DNA of 32,000 bases, taken from contig NC_017080.1 in assembly GCF_000284115.1 (NCBI RefSeq), forward strand, positions 2,280,001 to 2,312,000. The letters are read 5' to 3'. The DNA is from Phycisphaera mikurensis NBRC 102666 (GTDB lineage: Bacteria; Planctomycetota; Phycisphaerae; Phycisphaerales; Phycisphaeraceae). The position numbers were made by a program, and so were the translations under genes. The stretch's first letter is position 1. Each line of letters starts with the position of its first letter. The notes under the pieces were generated by a model. The model did no database searches, was not told the DNA's origin, and saw only the letters and a list, made by a program, of their open reading frames with translations. Shown here piece by piece: positions 1-8,791 of this stretch.

Positions 1-1
1 G

Positions 2-130
2 ATCCAGGACCGCCGCCGCGGGCTGGAGGCGCTCGCCGATGAGACCGACGCCGACACCCTCCGCCGCCTCACCACCGACGCGCCCCGGCGGCTCCTGAAC
101 CTCGACGCCGAGGACGCCGCCGGCGGATAA
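2..130 (+). CDS. C-terminal fragment of an unidentified protein (truncated by window start)
   Basis: Open frame from base 2: IQDRRRGLEALADETDADTLRRLTTDAPRRLLNLDAEDAAGG, ending in TAA at 128-130 just before a tRNA gene. Not long enough to assign. Confidence 0.5.
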   Translation: MQDRRRGLEALADETDADTLRRLTTDAPRRLLNLDAEDAAGG

Positions 131-142
131 GGTGGCTTCGCC

Positions 143-216
143 GCCTCCGTAGCTCAGTTGGATAGAGCACGGCTTTCCTAAAGCTGAGGTCGGAGGTTCG
201 AGCCCTCCCGGAGGCA
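143..216 (+). tRNA. tRNA-Arg (anticodon CCT)
   Basis: Acceptor GCCTCCG/CGGAGGC, D-arm GCTCAGTTGGATAGAGC, anticodon stem CGGCT/AGCTG with loop TTCCTAA, T-arm GGAGG-TTCGAGC-CCTCC, discriminator A. Confidence 0.96.
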
Positions 217-386
217 TCCTCCGCGACTCGCGCACCGGGCCGTTGCCCGGGCGTCACGCCGCTGGCGGGGTGGCGGTCGCCGCGGGCGGCGCCGACGGTG
301 CCGGCGTCGGTGCCCGGATCCGCGTTCTCGCGGCTCGCCCCGAGCGCGGCGTGACACGGGACGGGCTGCTCATCGCCCGTGCCGGT

Positions 387-1559
387 TCACGGCGTCAGGA
401 CGACCTTGATGCAGCCGTCGGTCTTGTTCTTGAAGCGGTCGTAGGCGGCGGGCGCCTCGTCGAGGCTCGCGTGGTGGGTGATGACGAACGACGGGTCGAT
501 CTCGCCGTCGACGACCTTCTGCATCAGCGGCTCGAGGTACCGCTGCACGTGCGTCTGCCCCATCTTGAACTGCAAGCCCTTGTTCATCGCGGCGCCCCAG
601 GCGAGGTCGACCTTGCCGAAGTAGACGCCCGGGCAGCTGACCTTGCCGCCCTTGCGGCAGCAGCGGATGATCTCGTTGAGCACGTTCGGCCGGTCGCTGC
701 CCAGGTGCAGCGCCGTCTTCGCGTCCTCGAGCGTGTCGGCGACGAGGCCGCCGGCGTGGTTCTCCGCCCCGACGCCGTCGACGCAGCAGTCGGGCCCGCG
801 GCCGCCGGTCATCTCCTGCAGCCGCTCGTAAACGTCCTCCTGAGAGAAGTCGATCGTCTCGGCGCGGCCGTGCGTCCGCGCCATCTCCAGCCGCTCGGGC
901 ACGCGGTCGATGGCGATCACGCGGCCGGCGCCCAGCATCCACGCGCTCTGCATGACGAACTGTGCCACGGGGCCGCAGCCCCAGACCGCGACGGTCTCGC
1001 CCTCCTGGATGTCGCAGTTCTCCGCGGCCATGTAGCCGGTCGGGAAGATGTCCGACAGCAGCACGACCCGGTCGTCGCTGAGGTCCTCGGGCACCTTGAT
1101 CGGCCCGGTGCGGTCGGCGAAGGGCACCCGCAACGCCTCGGCTTGGCCGCCGGCGTAGCCGCCGAGCATGTGCGTGTAGCCGAGCATGCCCGAGGGCGTG
1201 TGGCCCATCTGCTTCTGCGCCATCTCCGCGTTGGGGTTGGTGTTGTCGCAGAGCGAGAACCGCGTGGACGCGCAGAAGAAGCAGCGACCGCACGCGAGCG
1301 TGAAGGGCACGACGACGCGGTCGCCCTTGGCCAGCCGCGTGACGGCGGAGCCCACCTCCTCCACGACGCCCATCGGCTCGTGGCCGATCACGTCGCCGTG
1401 CCGCATCGCCGGCGCGGCGCCGGTCATGATGTGCAGGTCGGAGCCGCAGATGCCCGAGGCGGTCACGCGGATCACCACGTCTCTCTCGTCCTCGATGCGG
1501 GCGTCGGGCACCTCGGTCGTGCGGATGTCGTTGCGGCCATGCCAGGTGACGGCTTTCAT
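387..1559 (-). CDS. Zinc-dependent alcohol dehydrogenase (formaldehyde dehydrogenase-like MDR family)
   Basis: [22 protein letters not shown]...[11 protein letters not shown]...[12 protein letters not shown]...CGRCFFC...; MDR Zn-binding motifs and GCGPVAQFV nucleotide-binding region. Start taken at internal ATG. Confidence 0.93.
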   Translation of the reverse strand: MKAVTWHGRNDIRTTEVPDARIEDERDVVIRVTASGICGSDLHIMTGAAPAMRHGDVIGHEPMGVVEEVGSAVTRLAKGDRVVVPFTLACGRCFFCASTRFSLCDNTNPNAEMAQKQMGHTPSGMLGYTHMLGGYAGGQAEALRVPFADRTGPIKVPEDLSDDRVVLLSDIFPTGYMAAENCDIQEGETVAVWGCGPVAQFVMQSAWMLGAGRVIAIDRVPERLEMARTHGRAETIDFSQEDVYERLQEMTGGRGPDCCVDGVGAENHAGGLVADTLEDAKTALHLGSDRPNVLNEIIRCCRKGGKVSCPGVYFGKVDLAWGAAMNKGLQFKMGQTHVQRYLEPLMQKVVDGEIDPSFVITHHASLDEAPAAYDRFKNKTDGCIKVVLTP

Positions 1560-1671
1560 CGGTGATCTCCGGTTCGGTGGCGGGCGAGCCGGAGCGGGTG
1601 CGCCGGCGCGGAGTGCTAGCGCATCGCTGGACTTGCGTCCACCGCGGACGCGGCAAAACCTGCACGGACCG

Positions 1672-2073
1672 TCAGGAAGCTGGAGGCCAGTGCGCGATCC
1701 TCGGCCACCCGTCCACGCTCCCGTTGAAGAAGTAGACCCACGCCTCCACCCGGTCCACGGGCGCCTTCTCCCGCCGGAAGAGGTGCGGCCGCGGGCAGCC
1801 GGCACCGCAGCCCTCCCAGGCGTCCAGCACCGGCCAGAGCTCCCGCGGACCGTGCACCTCGAAGAGCATCCCGGGCACGCGGTCCGCGGGCGTCGAAGCC
1901 GGGAGCAGCGCCGGCCAATCGCCGGCGTCGTGCAGGCGTCCGGCCACCCGAGCCGCGCCCAGCGCCCGCGTGTGTCGACGCATCGCGGCCGCCACCGCCG
2001 GCGGGCCGCCGCGGATCAGCGTGCCGTAAGCAAAAAGCAGCTCGCGGTCCGCGGGTTGCGGCGCCGGCGCCAC
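1672..2073 (-). CDS. Gamma-glutamylcyclotransferase / AIG2-like family protein
   Basis: N-terminal [12 protein letters not shown] motif and ...PGMLFEVHG...LDAWEGC..., typical GGCT-like fold; GTG start inferred. Confidence 0.75.
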   Translation of the reverse strand: MAPAPQPADRELLFAYGTLIRGGPPAVAAAMRRHTRALGAARVAGRLHDAGDWPALLPASTPADRVPGMLFEVHGPRELWPVLDAWEGCGAGCPRPHLFRREKAPVDRVEAWVYFFNGSVDGWPRIAHWPPAS

Positions 2074-2075
2074 GC

Positions 2076-3158
2076 TCAGCCGTTCCTGTCGCGGAAGTCG
2101 CTCATGAAGCCCGCCAGCGCCTCCACGCCGGCGACCGGCATCGCGTTGTAGATGGAGGCCCGGATGCCGCCGACGCTGCGGTGGCCCTTGAGGCCCGAGA
2201 GGCCGGCGGCCTCGGCTTCGGCGACGAAGCGTTTCTCCAGCTCTTCGGAGGGAAGACGGAAGACCACGTTCATCGTCGACCGGTACCGCTCGTCCACCGG
2301 GCACCGGTAGAAGCCGTCGCTGCCGCCGAGCACGCCGTAGAGGATCCCGCTCCGCTCGGCGGCGGCCTGCTCCGCCCAGGCGAGGCCGCCGCGGGCCTCC
2401 AGCCACTCCAGCACGAGCTTGACCATGTAGATCTGGAAGACCGGCGGCGTGTTCAGCATCGAGCGGTTCTGCACGTGTCCGCCGTAGTTGAGGTAGCCCG
2501 GCAGGTCGCCGTCGCAGGCGGCGAGCATGTCGTCGGTGAGGATCACGACGGTCACGCCGGCGGGGCCGATGTTCTTCTGGGCGCCGGCGTAGATCAGCCC
2601 GAAACGCTCCAGCGGGACCGGCCGCGACAGGAAGTCGCTGCTCATGTCCGCCACGAGGGGTGCCTCGCACGCCGGGAAGCTCTTCCACTGCACGCCGCCG
2701 ATCGTCTCGTTGCTGGTGAGGTGCAGGAACTGCGAACCGGCGCTGCTGCTCACCGACGCCGGATCCGGCAGCGTCATGTAGTCGTCGGGTGTGCCGTCCC
2801 AGACCACGTTCACGCGGCCGATCTTCCGGCCGTCGGCGATCGCCTTCTTCGCCCACGCCCCCGAGTGGGTGTAGTCGCCGAGGCGGCCGTTGGTGAGGAA
2901 GTTCATCGCCAGCATCGCGAACTGGAAGGTGGCGCCGCCGGCGACGAAGGCGACGTGGTGGTGCTCGCCGAGGCCGAGCAGGCGGCGGAGCGCGGCCTCG
3001 GCGGCGTCGCGTACGCCCTCCACCGGGGGCGTGCGGTGGCTCATCTCCAGCAGCGACATGCCCGCGCCGTGGTAGTCGACGAGCTCGCGCTGAGCGGTCT
3101 CCAGCACCTCCAGCGGGAGGGTGCAGGGTCCGGCCGAGAAGTTGTGCAGGCGGCGCAT
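2076..3158 (-). CDS. serC: Phosphoserine aminotransferase
   Basis: 360 aa: MRRLHNFSAGPCTLPLEVLE...GAGMSLLEMSHRTP...AGAQKNIGPAGVTVVI...RSTMNVVFRLP...GGIRASIYNAMP. Confidence 0.96.
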   Translation of the reverse strand: MRRLHNFSAGPCTLPLEVLETAQRELVDYHGAGMSLLEMSHRTPPVEGVRDAAEAALRRLLGLGEHHHVAFVAGGATFQFAMLAMNFLTNGRLGDYTHSGAWAKKAIADGRKIGRVNVVWDGTPDDYMTLPDPASVSSSAGSQFLHLTSNETIGGVQWKSFPACEAPLVADMSSDFLSRPVPLERFGLIYAGAQKNIGPAGVTVVILTDDMLAACDGDLPGYLNYGGHVQNRSMLNTPPVFQIYMVKLVLEWLEARGGLAWAEQAAAERSGILYGVLGGSDGFYRCPVDERYRSTMNVVFRLPSEELEKRFVAEAEAAGLSGLKGHRSVGGIRASIYNAMPVAGVEALAGFMSDFRDRNG

Positions 3159-3333
3159 CGCGGGAGCCTACCGGCCGGGTCGGGGGCCCTTCCCACCTTC
3201 CGCACGGGCTCGCATTCAACGCGGGGCGCGGCAAGTCGACGCGGCGAAACGCTTGCGTCGCGGGAGCGGCGGCGCAGACTCGGGGCGGGGTTCCGGATCA
3301 CCCACCCCATTCACCCCCAGGTTTGAAGCCCCG

Positions 3334-3621
3334 ATGAGCGAACAGCAGTTCCAAGCAGAGATCGACGCCCTCATGTGCAAGATCGCCCAGTTGCCCGAGA
3401 GGGAGCGGGGAGCGCTCGGCGACGCCGCCGAGCAGACCCGCCAGCGTCACGCTTCGCTGCGGGACACGGTGGCGCAGCTGCAGGAGTCGCTCGATCACCT
3501 CCGGCTCTCGGTGAAGTACCTGGTCTTCGACCTCGAGGCGACGCGACGGGAGAACCGGCTGCTCCGCCGGCTGATCGAGACCGACAACGGCCCCGACGAC
3601 GAGGCCTCGACCACGGACTAA
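3334..3621 (+). CDS. Small hypothetical coiled-coil protein (95 aa)
   Basis: MSEQQFQAEIDALMCKIAQLPERERGALG...VAQLQESLDHLRLSVKYLVFDLEATRRENRLLRRLIETD; heptad-like charged helix, compact ORF ending at TAA 3619-3621. Confidence 0.7.
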   Translation: MSEQQFQAEIDALMCKIAQLPERERGALGDAAEQTRQRHASLRDTVAQLQESLDHLRLSVKYLVFDLEATRRENRLLRRLIETDNGPDDEASTTD

Positions 3622-3774
3622 GAGGCTGTTTCAGAACCTGCTGGGCTTCGCCACCCGTGGCCGCCCGCTGCCCGCGTCGGGCTCCGAACGGGGGGACCGC
3701 CCCCCGCTCTCCCCCTCCTTGGCAGCGAACAGCCACGGGCGACCCGGGCGTGCAGCCGGTTCTGAAACAGCCTC
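3622..3774. mobile_element. MITE-like / foldback element, 153 bp
   Basis: Terminal inverted repeats GAGGCTGTTTCAGAACC(T/G)GCTG, 21/22 matching, perfect over the outer 17 bp; directly flanked by TAA on both sides (3619-3621, 3775-3777); interior also self-complementary; no transposase. Confidence 0.75.
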
Positions 3775-4181
3775 TAAGCAACCGCCGGGAGCCGGTACAC
3801 CTGCGGGCCGGGGCTCTCGCTGCCGCCGTGGTGGCCGTTGCGGAGCCAGTCCCGCAGGCCCGCCGGCGGGTCGATCCACTTGAGGCCGACCGTCTGGCGT
3901 CGGAAGCCGCAGGCCTTCACCCGCCTCACCACGCAGTCGACCTCGATCAGCTCGCACGACCAGCTGATCGAGACCCGGATCGTCTGCCCGATCTCGACGG
4001 CGGGCCCGCGGTGCGTGACGGCCATGCCCGACCCGCTGACGTCGACGACTTCGCCGAAAGGCGTGGCGAAGTTCGTGTTCCGGAGCCGCGGCTCGGCCCG
4101 GCGTTCGCGGCGGAAGATCATGACGGAGCCCGGGAGGAAGGAGAGGATCGTGAAGTCGGGCGCACCCGGCGGGCGCGTCAT
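3774..4181 (-). CDS. PilZ-domain-like protein
   Basis: FRRERRAEPRLRNTN...GEVVDVSGSGMAV...EIGQTIRVSI...VVRRVKACGFRRQTVGLKWIDPP; PilZ-type RRxxxR and D/NxSxxG pattern. Confidence 0.75.
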   Translation of the reverse strand: MTRPPGAPDFTILSFLPGSVMIFRRERRAEPRLRNTNFATPFGEVVDVSGSGMAVTHRGPAVEIGQTIRVSISWSCELIEVDCVVRRVKACGFRRQTVGLKWIDPPAGLRDWLRNGHHGGSESPGPQVYRLPAVA

Positions 4182-4235
4182 CGGCCGAAGCGGAGGCCGG
4201 CTGAAGCCGCGACCGGCTCACGCCGAAACCCGGAC

Positions 4236-5156
4236 GTGCTCTCCTCCCCCCGCGCCCTCCCCCGCCGCCGCCTGCTGCGCCTCGCCGCCGCCGGCGTCGC
4301 GGCTTCCGCCCTGCCCGTCGCCGCTTCGATCCCGGCGGCGGCAAGCCCGGTGCGGCGGCTGAACACGGACCGGGTCTGCCTGCTGGCGGATCCGCACGTC
4401 GCGGCCGCGCCCGGTCGGCGGCTGCTCGGCGCGTCGCTGACGCCGAACCTGCAGGCCGCCGTGCGGCGGGTGCTGGAGGGGCCGCGACCCGACGCGATCG
4501 TGCTCGCGGGCGATTGCGCCGCCGACGAGGGGCGGCCCGGGGACTACCGGCAGCTCGGCCGGGTGCTCGCGCCCCTGGCCGCGGCCGGCCTCGCGCCGCA
4601 CCTGACGCCCGGGAACCACGACGACCGGGCGGCGCTCGCGGCGGCGTTCCCCCACGCTTCGGGCGCGAGCGGCGAGCAGCCCGGCGGCCGCCGGCTGCGG
4701 CTGGCCGGTTCGGACTGGTACCTGCTCGACTCGCTGCGGAGGACCGACGAGACCCCCGGCGAGCTCGGCGCCGCCCAGCTCGCGTGGCTGGCGGCGTCGC
4801 TGGACGAGCGGCCCGAACGGCCGGCCTTCCTCGTGGTCCACCATCCGCCCGGGAGCCGGCGGAACCCCGGCGGCCGCGGCGTCGGCCTCGACGACGGGCA
4901 GCGGCTGCTCAAGCTCCTCGCTCCGCGCCGCCAGGTGAAGGCGCTCTTCCACGGCCACCTCCACCGCATGACGCGTTGGAACCACGAGGGCCTCCACGTC
5001 GTCGGCCTGCCCGCGACCTCGTACACCTTCCGCCCGCTGGTTTTCCGCGGGCACGTGAGCGTCGAGGTGGGGCTGAACCACCTCGTCCTCGAGCGGACGG
5101 CCCTGCGGGCGGGCGGCCGGGGCGACGGGAAGCGGACAACGCTGGCGATGCGGTAG
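4236..5156 (+). CDS. Calcineurin-like metallophosphoesterase with Tat-like signal
   Basis: N-terminus PRRRLLRLAAAGVAASALPVAA; metallophosphoesterase motifs LLADPH, LAGD, GNHDD, VVHHPPG, GHLHR. GTG start inferred. Confidence 0.85.
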   Translation: MLSSPRALPRRRLLRLAAAGVAASALPVAASIPAAASPVRRLNTDRVCLLADPHVAAAPGRRLLGASLTPNLQAAVRRVLEGPRPDAIVLAGDCAADEGRPGDYRQLGRVLAPLAAAGLAPHLTPGNHDDRAALAAAFPHASGASGEQPGGRRLRLAGSDWYLLDSLRRTDETPGELGAAQLAWLAASLDERPERPAFLVVHHPPGSRRNPGGRGVGLDDGQRLLKLLAPRRQVKALFHGHLHRMTRWNHEGLHVVGLPATSYTFRPLVFRGHVSVEVGLNHLVLERTALRAGGRGDGKRTTLAMR

Positions 5157-5291
5157 AAGCGCGAACGAGCGTGGGAGGGGCCGAGCAGGGGCAAGGCGCG
5201 AAGGCCAAGCGGGCGGCGCTGCCGCCGCGACGCTCCGGACGCCTGGTCCCTCCCCGCTCGACGGGCTGGGAGCCTCGGCTCCGCCTCCGCG

Positions 5292-6404
5292 TCAGAGCGC
5301 GGCGAGCCGCCTCGCCCGGTCTTCCGCGATCAGGGCCTCCACCAGGTCCTGCAGCTCGCCGCCGAGAAACTTCTGGAGCGGGAAGCTGCGGGACAGGCGG
5401 TGGTCCACGGCGATGGCGTCCTTCCAGCGGTAGGTCCGCACCCGCTCGCTGCGGCCGCCGGTGCCGATGAGGTCGGCGCGGGCTTCGGCCCGCTCGCGGT
5501 CGGCCTCCGCGCGCTGCCGCTCGTAAAGCCGGGCCCGCAGGAGCTGCTCGGCTTTCTGGCGGTTCTGCTGCTGGCTCTTGCTCTCCTGCATCCGCACCTC
5601 GATGCCCGTCGGCTTGTGGATGAGGTGCACCGCCGTCGCGACCTTGTTGACGTTCTGCCCGCCGGGGCCCTGCGCGGTGGTGACGTGGACCTCGACGTCG
5701 GCCGGATCAATCGTCACCTCGACCTCTTCGGGCTCGGGCAGCACCGCGACCGTGGCGGTGGAGGTGTGGGTGCGGCCCTGCGTCTCGGTCGCCGGGACCC
5801 GCTTCACGCAGTGGACGCCGCTCTCGTAGCCGAGCTGCTGCCACACCCCCTCGCCCGCGACGCTCACCGTCGCCGAACGGAGCCCGCCGGCGTCGCCTTC
5901 GCTGTGGTCGAGCGTCTCGAAGGCCCAGCCGCGGTTCTTCGCGAAAGCCTGGTAGACGCCGAGCAGCTCGCCGGCGAAGAGCGCCGCCTCCGCCCCGCCG
6001 GTGCCGGCGCGGACCTCGAGGATGACGCTGCCGATGGCCGCGTCGTCGGCCGTGACCAGCTCCGCGGCGATTGCTTCGAGCGCGGCTTCCGCGGAGGCGG
6101 CGGACTCCGCCTCCTGCTCCCGCGCGAGCTCGATCAGTTCGGCGTCGTCTTCCGCGGCGAGAAGCTCGCGGGCCTCTGCCAGCGCCGCCGCATCCGCCTG
6201 GTACCCGCGGTAGCGGGTCACCAGCGGCTCGATCGCCGCCCGCTTGATGGACAGGCGGCGGACAGCCGTGTGGTCCTGCAGGATCGCCGGATCCTGGAGC
6301 TCCTCGCCGAGCTTGGCGTGGACGCCAGCGAGCTCGTCGAGCTTCTCGAGCAGCGTGGCGTGGGAGGGACTGGAGGCGTCGATGCTTGCAGCCCCTCCGG
6401 GCAC
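5292..6404 (-). CDS. prfA: Peptide chain release factor 1
   Basis: Class I RF with [26 protein letters not shown], and the GGQ motif [27 protein letters not shown]. Start codon (GTG) uncertain. Confidence 0.93.
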   Translation of the reverse strand: MPGGAASIDASSPSHATLLEKLDELAGVHAKLGEELQDPAILQDHTAVRRLSIKRAAIEPLVTRYRGYQADAAALAEARELLAAEDDAELIELAREQEAESAASAEAALEAIAAELVTADDAAIGSVILEVRAGTGGAEAALFAGELLGVYQAFAKNRGWAFETLDHSEGDAGGLRSATVSVAGEGVWQQLGYESGVHCVKRVPATETQGRTHTSTATVAVLPEPEEVEVTIDPADVEVHVTTAQGPGGQNVNKVATAVHLIHKPTGIEVRMQESKSQQQNRQKAEQLLRARLYERQRAEADRERAEARADLIGTGGRSERVRTYRWKDAIAVDHRLSRSFPLQKFLGGELQDLVEALIAEDRARRLAAL

Positions 6405-6405
6405 C

Positions 6406-7137
6406 TTAAACCTTGCGGCGGCGGGCCGACATCAACAGGCCACCGGCTCCGAGAAGCACGCCGCTGGCCGGCTCGGGGACGAGCGTGAGAGAGATCTCGT
6501 GGACGTCGGTCGCGCTCCCGGCCGCGCTGAAGGTGGAACCGGGCGCAAGGTCGGCGCTGGTCAGCGCGAGGCCCCCGCTGCGGGTGGCCCAGGCGGCATC
6601 GGCGGTCTGGTCGCCGGCGTTGAGCTTCGCGACGCTGTCCTGCCACTGCCCGTTGCCCGGCACGAGGCCGGTCACCAGCACCGCGTACTCCTGCCCGGGG
6701 ACCAGCACGATCGGCGTGGTGAAGTCGAAGTCGACGTCCGTGTAGCTGTTCTGGGCCGTCGGGGCCGAGACCACCGGCACTTCGGTGTTGAGCACCGTCG
6801 CCGTCGCGCTCGCCGACCCGGCCGGGCGGGTGAGCGAGAGCACGTAGCCCGCGACGCTGTGGAGCGTCCCCCCGCTCTGGAGGTCGTCGTCGATCGCGAA
6901 GCTGAAGGACTCCAGCAGGTTGTCGGTGTTGGCGACGGGGACAGTGAAGCCTTGGAAGACCGCCGTGTTGCCGGAGAAGCCCGAGATCTCGAAGATCGAG
7001 GTGACAACACGCGCCCCGGAGGTCGGACCGTCACCAAAATCGATCACCGCGGCGCTGGCTCCCGTGGAAGCCGCCGCCGCGGAGAGGGTGAGAGCGAGCA
7101 CACCCGCGGGGGTGGAGCAGAAGCGATGAACAGCCAT
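6406..7137 (-). CDS. PEP-CTERM sorting domain-containing secreted protein
   Basis: N-terminal signal peptide; C-terminus [24 protein letters not shown] = PEP motif + hydrophobic stretch + basic tail. Confidence 0.88.
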   Translation of the reverse strand: MAVHRFCSTPAGVLALTLSAAAASTGASAAVIDFGDGPTSGARVVTSIFEISGFSGNTAVFQGFTVPVANTDNLLESFSFAIDDDLQSGGTLHSVAGYVLSLTRPAGSASATATVLNTEVPVVSAPTAQNSYTDVDFDFTTPIVLVPGQEYAVLVTGLVPGNGQWQDSVAKLNAGDQTADAAWATRSGGLALTSADLAPGSTFSAAGSATDVHEISLTLVPEPASGVLLGAGGLLMSARRRKV

Positions 7138-7225
7138 TCGGGAGATCTCGAGGTGGAGGTGCTGCGGCCGGCACGGTACGCGGCCGCGGAAAGATGCTCC
7201 CGGAAGGGGACGAGCCGCCGGACGC

Positions 7226-7483
7226 TCACTTCTTGCCGAAGTAGTTCCCCGCGAACTTGCGCTGGAACTTCTCGACGCGGCCGGCGGTGTCCACGAACTT
7301 CTGCTTGCCGGTGAAGAAGGGATGGCTCTCCGAGGAGATGTCGACCTTGATCAGCGGGTACTCCTGGCCCTCGAACTCGATGGTTTCCTTGCTCTTCGCG
7401 GCGGACTGCGTGAGGAAGGTGGTGTCGGCGGACACGTCGCGGAAGACGACGGGGCGGTACGTCGGGTGGATGTCGGGCTTCAT
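7226..7483 (-). CDS. rpmE2: 50S ribosomal protein L31, type B (no Zn-binding cysteines)
   Basis: [28 protein letters not shown]...[37 protein letters not shown]; start set at the internal ATG. Confidence 0.95.
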   Translation of the reverse strand: MKPDIHPTYRPVVFRDVSADTTFLTQSAAKSKETIEFEGQEYPLIKVDISSESHPFFTGKQKFVDTAGRVEKFQRKFAGNYFGKK

Positions 7484-7531
7484 GGCGGGGGCCGGGGCTG
7501 GGTTCGACCCGCCGGTGCGGCTGCCTTGGAG

Positions 7532-7555
7532 CGGGTCACGCACGGCGGTGACCCG
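7532..7555. promoter_or_regulatory. Inverted repeat CGGGTCAC-N8-GTGACCCG between divergent rpmE2 and aminotransferase genes
   Basis: Perfect 8-bp arms, 8-nt spacer, 49 bp upstream of rpmE2 start; function (operator or leader hairpin) unproven. Confidence 0.4.
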
Positions 7556-7648
7556 GCCGCGGGGGCGGGGGTTGGCCGGTTAGGGTAGTGCATCGGCCGG
7601 ATGGGGCAAACGCCGCCCCTTCCCGCCGCCGCACGGCCCGAGCCCCCC

Positions 7649-8566
7649 ATGCAGAGCTACGTCAACGGAAGCTTCCACGATGCCGATGACCCGGCCCTGC
7701 GGGTGGAGGACGCGGGCTTCCAGCACGCGGTGGGCCTCTTCGAGACGTTCCAGGTGCACCGCGGCCGGCCCTTCCGTCTCGACGCGCACCTCGCCCGGCT
7801 GGCCGGCTCCGCCGCGACCCTCGGCCTCGCCGCCGACATGGCGGTCGCCCCGCTGGTCGCCGCGGTGGAGGAGACGATCCGGCACAACGGCATCGATCGG
7901 GCCCGCTGCCGGCTGACGGTGACGGCGGGCACGGTCTCGCTGCTGCGTGCGGACCCCCGGGGCGGGGGACCGGCCGAGGCGGTGGCGGTGAAGCAGACGG
8001 TGGCGATCGTTCCGCAGCCGCCGACGATCTGGGAGCCCTCGCTCTTCGAGGATGGCGTGGCGGTCACGATCCACGGGCCCGCCGCCAACCCCTTCGACGA
8101 CACGGCGGGCCACAAGACGCTGAACTACTGGCAGCGTCTGCGGTCGCTGCGGCGGGCCGCCGCGCAGGGCGCGGCCGAGGCCATCTGGCTGAACGTCAGC
8201 AACCACCTCGCGAGCGGCTGCGTCAGCAACCTGCTGCTCGTCAAAGACGGCGTCCTGCTGTCGCCGTTCGCCCGCGGCGAGGAGGAGCCCGGGGCGCTGC
8301 CGGCGCCGGTGCTCCCGGGCGTGACCCGGCAGCTGCTGCTCGAGGCCGCCGCAGACGCTGGTCTCGCCGCCCGCAAGCGGATGCTGACGATCGACGACCT
8401 TCTCGACGCGGACGAGGTGATGCTCACCAACTCCGGCTGGGGCGTTCTGCCCGTCGTCCGCGTCGAGAAGAAGCCGATCGGCGACGGCCGGGTCGGCCCC
8501 GCCACGCAACGGCTGCGCAAGGCCTGGTCGGACGCCGTCGCGGCGGAGACGGCGGAACCGGGCTGA
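7649..8566 (+). CDS. Class IV aminotransferase (branched-chain / aminodeoxychorismate lyase-like)
   Basis: MQSYVNGSFHDADDPALRVEDAGFQHAVGLFETFQV...KTLNYWQ...EAIWLNVSNHLASGCVSNLLLVKDGVLLSP...GVTRQLLLE. Confidence 0.9.
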   Translation: MQSYVNGSFHDADDPALRVEDAGFQHAVGLFETFQVHRGRPFRLDAHLARLAGSAATLGLAADMAVAPLVAAVEETIRHNGIDRARCRLTVTAGTVSLLRADPRGGGPAEAVAVKQTVAIVPQPPTIWEPSLFEDGVAVTIHGPAANPFDDTAGHKTLNYWQRLRSLRRAAAQGAAEAIWLNVSNHLASGCVSNLLLVKDGVLLSPFARGEEEPGALPAPVLPGVTRQLLLEAAADAGLAARKRMLTIDDLLDADEVMLTNSGWGVLPVVRVEKKPIGDGRVGPATQRLRKAWSDAVAAETAEPG

Positions 8567-8593
8567 CGCCGCTCCCCGTGCCGCCGGTTTCCA

Positions 8594-8667
8594 TACGCCC
8601 GGAGGGAATCGAACCCCCAACCTGCGGAGTAGAAATCCGCTGCTCTATCCGGTTGAGCTACGGGCGC
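8594..8667 (-). tRNA. tRNA-Arg (anticodon TCT)
   Basis: Reverse complement GCGCCCG-TAGCTCAACCGGATAGAGC-A-GCGGA-TTTCTAC-TCCGC-...-GGGGG-TTCGATT-CCCTC-CGGGCGT-A folds as a cloverleaf with one G-T pair at the acceptor end. Confidence 0.95.
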
Positions 8668-8791
8668 TGCGCCGCGACAGGGTATGCGGAGCCGGAACGG
8701 GCCCGCGCGAACCTCCGGGAGAACCCGCGGACCGCGGACGCGACGGCCCTCCAACGACCGCAATCCGCGGCGAGAAAGGGGCTTAAGCCGG

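Noticed and set aside
5157-5291. GC-rich gap after metallophosphoesterase with GGGAGGGGC...CCCTCCCCG look-alike arms
   Set aside because: The complementary blocks are in the wrong order to extend into one stem (GAGC and GCTC lie on the same relative side); only a weak GGCGGC-GCT-GCCGCC hairpin remains.
6406-7137. PEP-CTERM protein as evidence of an exopolysaccharide/exosortase locus here
   Set aside because: No exosortase or EPS genes in the window; PEP-CTERM genes are usually scattered.
7164-7187. GCGGCCG-N10-CGGCCGC inverted repeat between rpmE2 and the PEP-CTERM gene
   Set aside because: Only 7 bp of all-G/C arms; expected often by chance at this GC content, and no T-tract.
7490-7530. 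GGGTTCGACCC, T-loop-like string suggesting a tRNA
   Set aside because: No matching D-arm, anticodon stem or acceptor stem on either strand.
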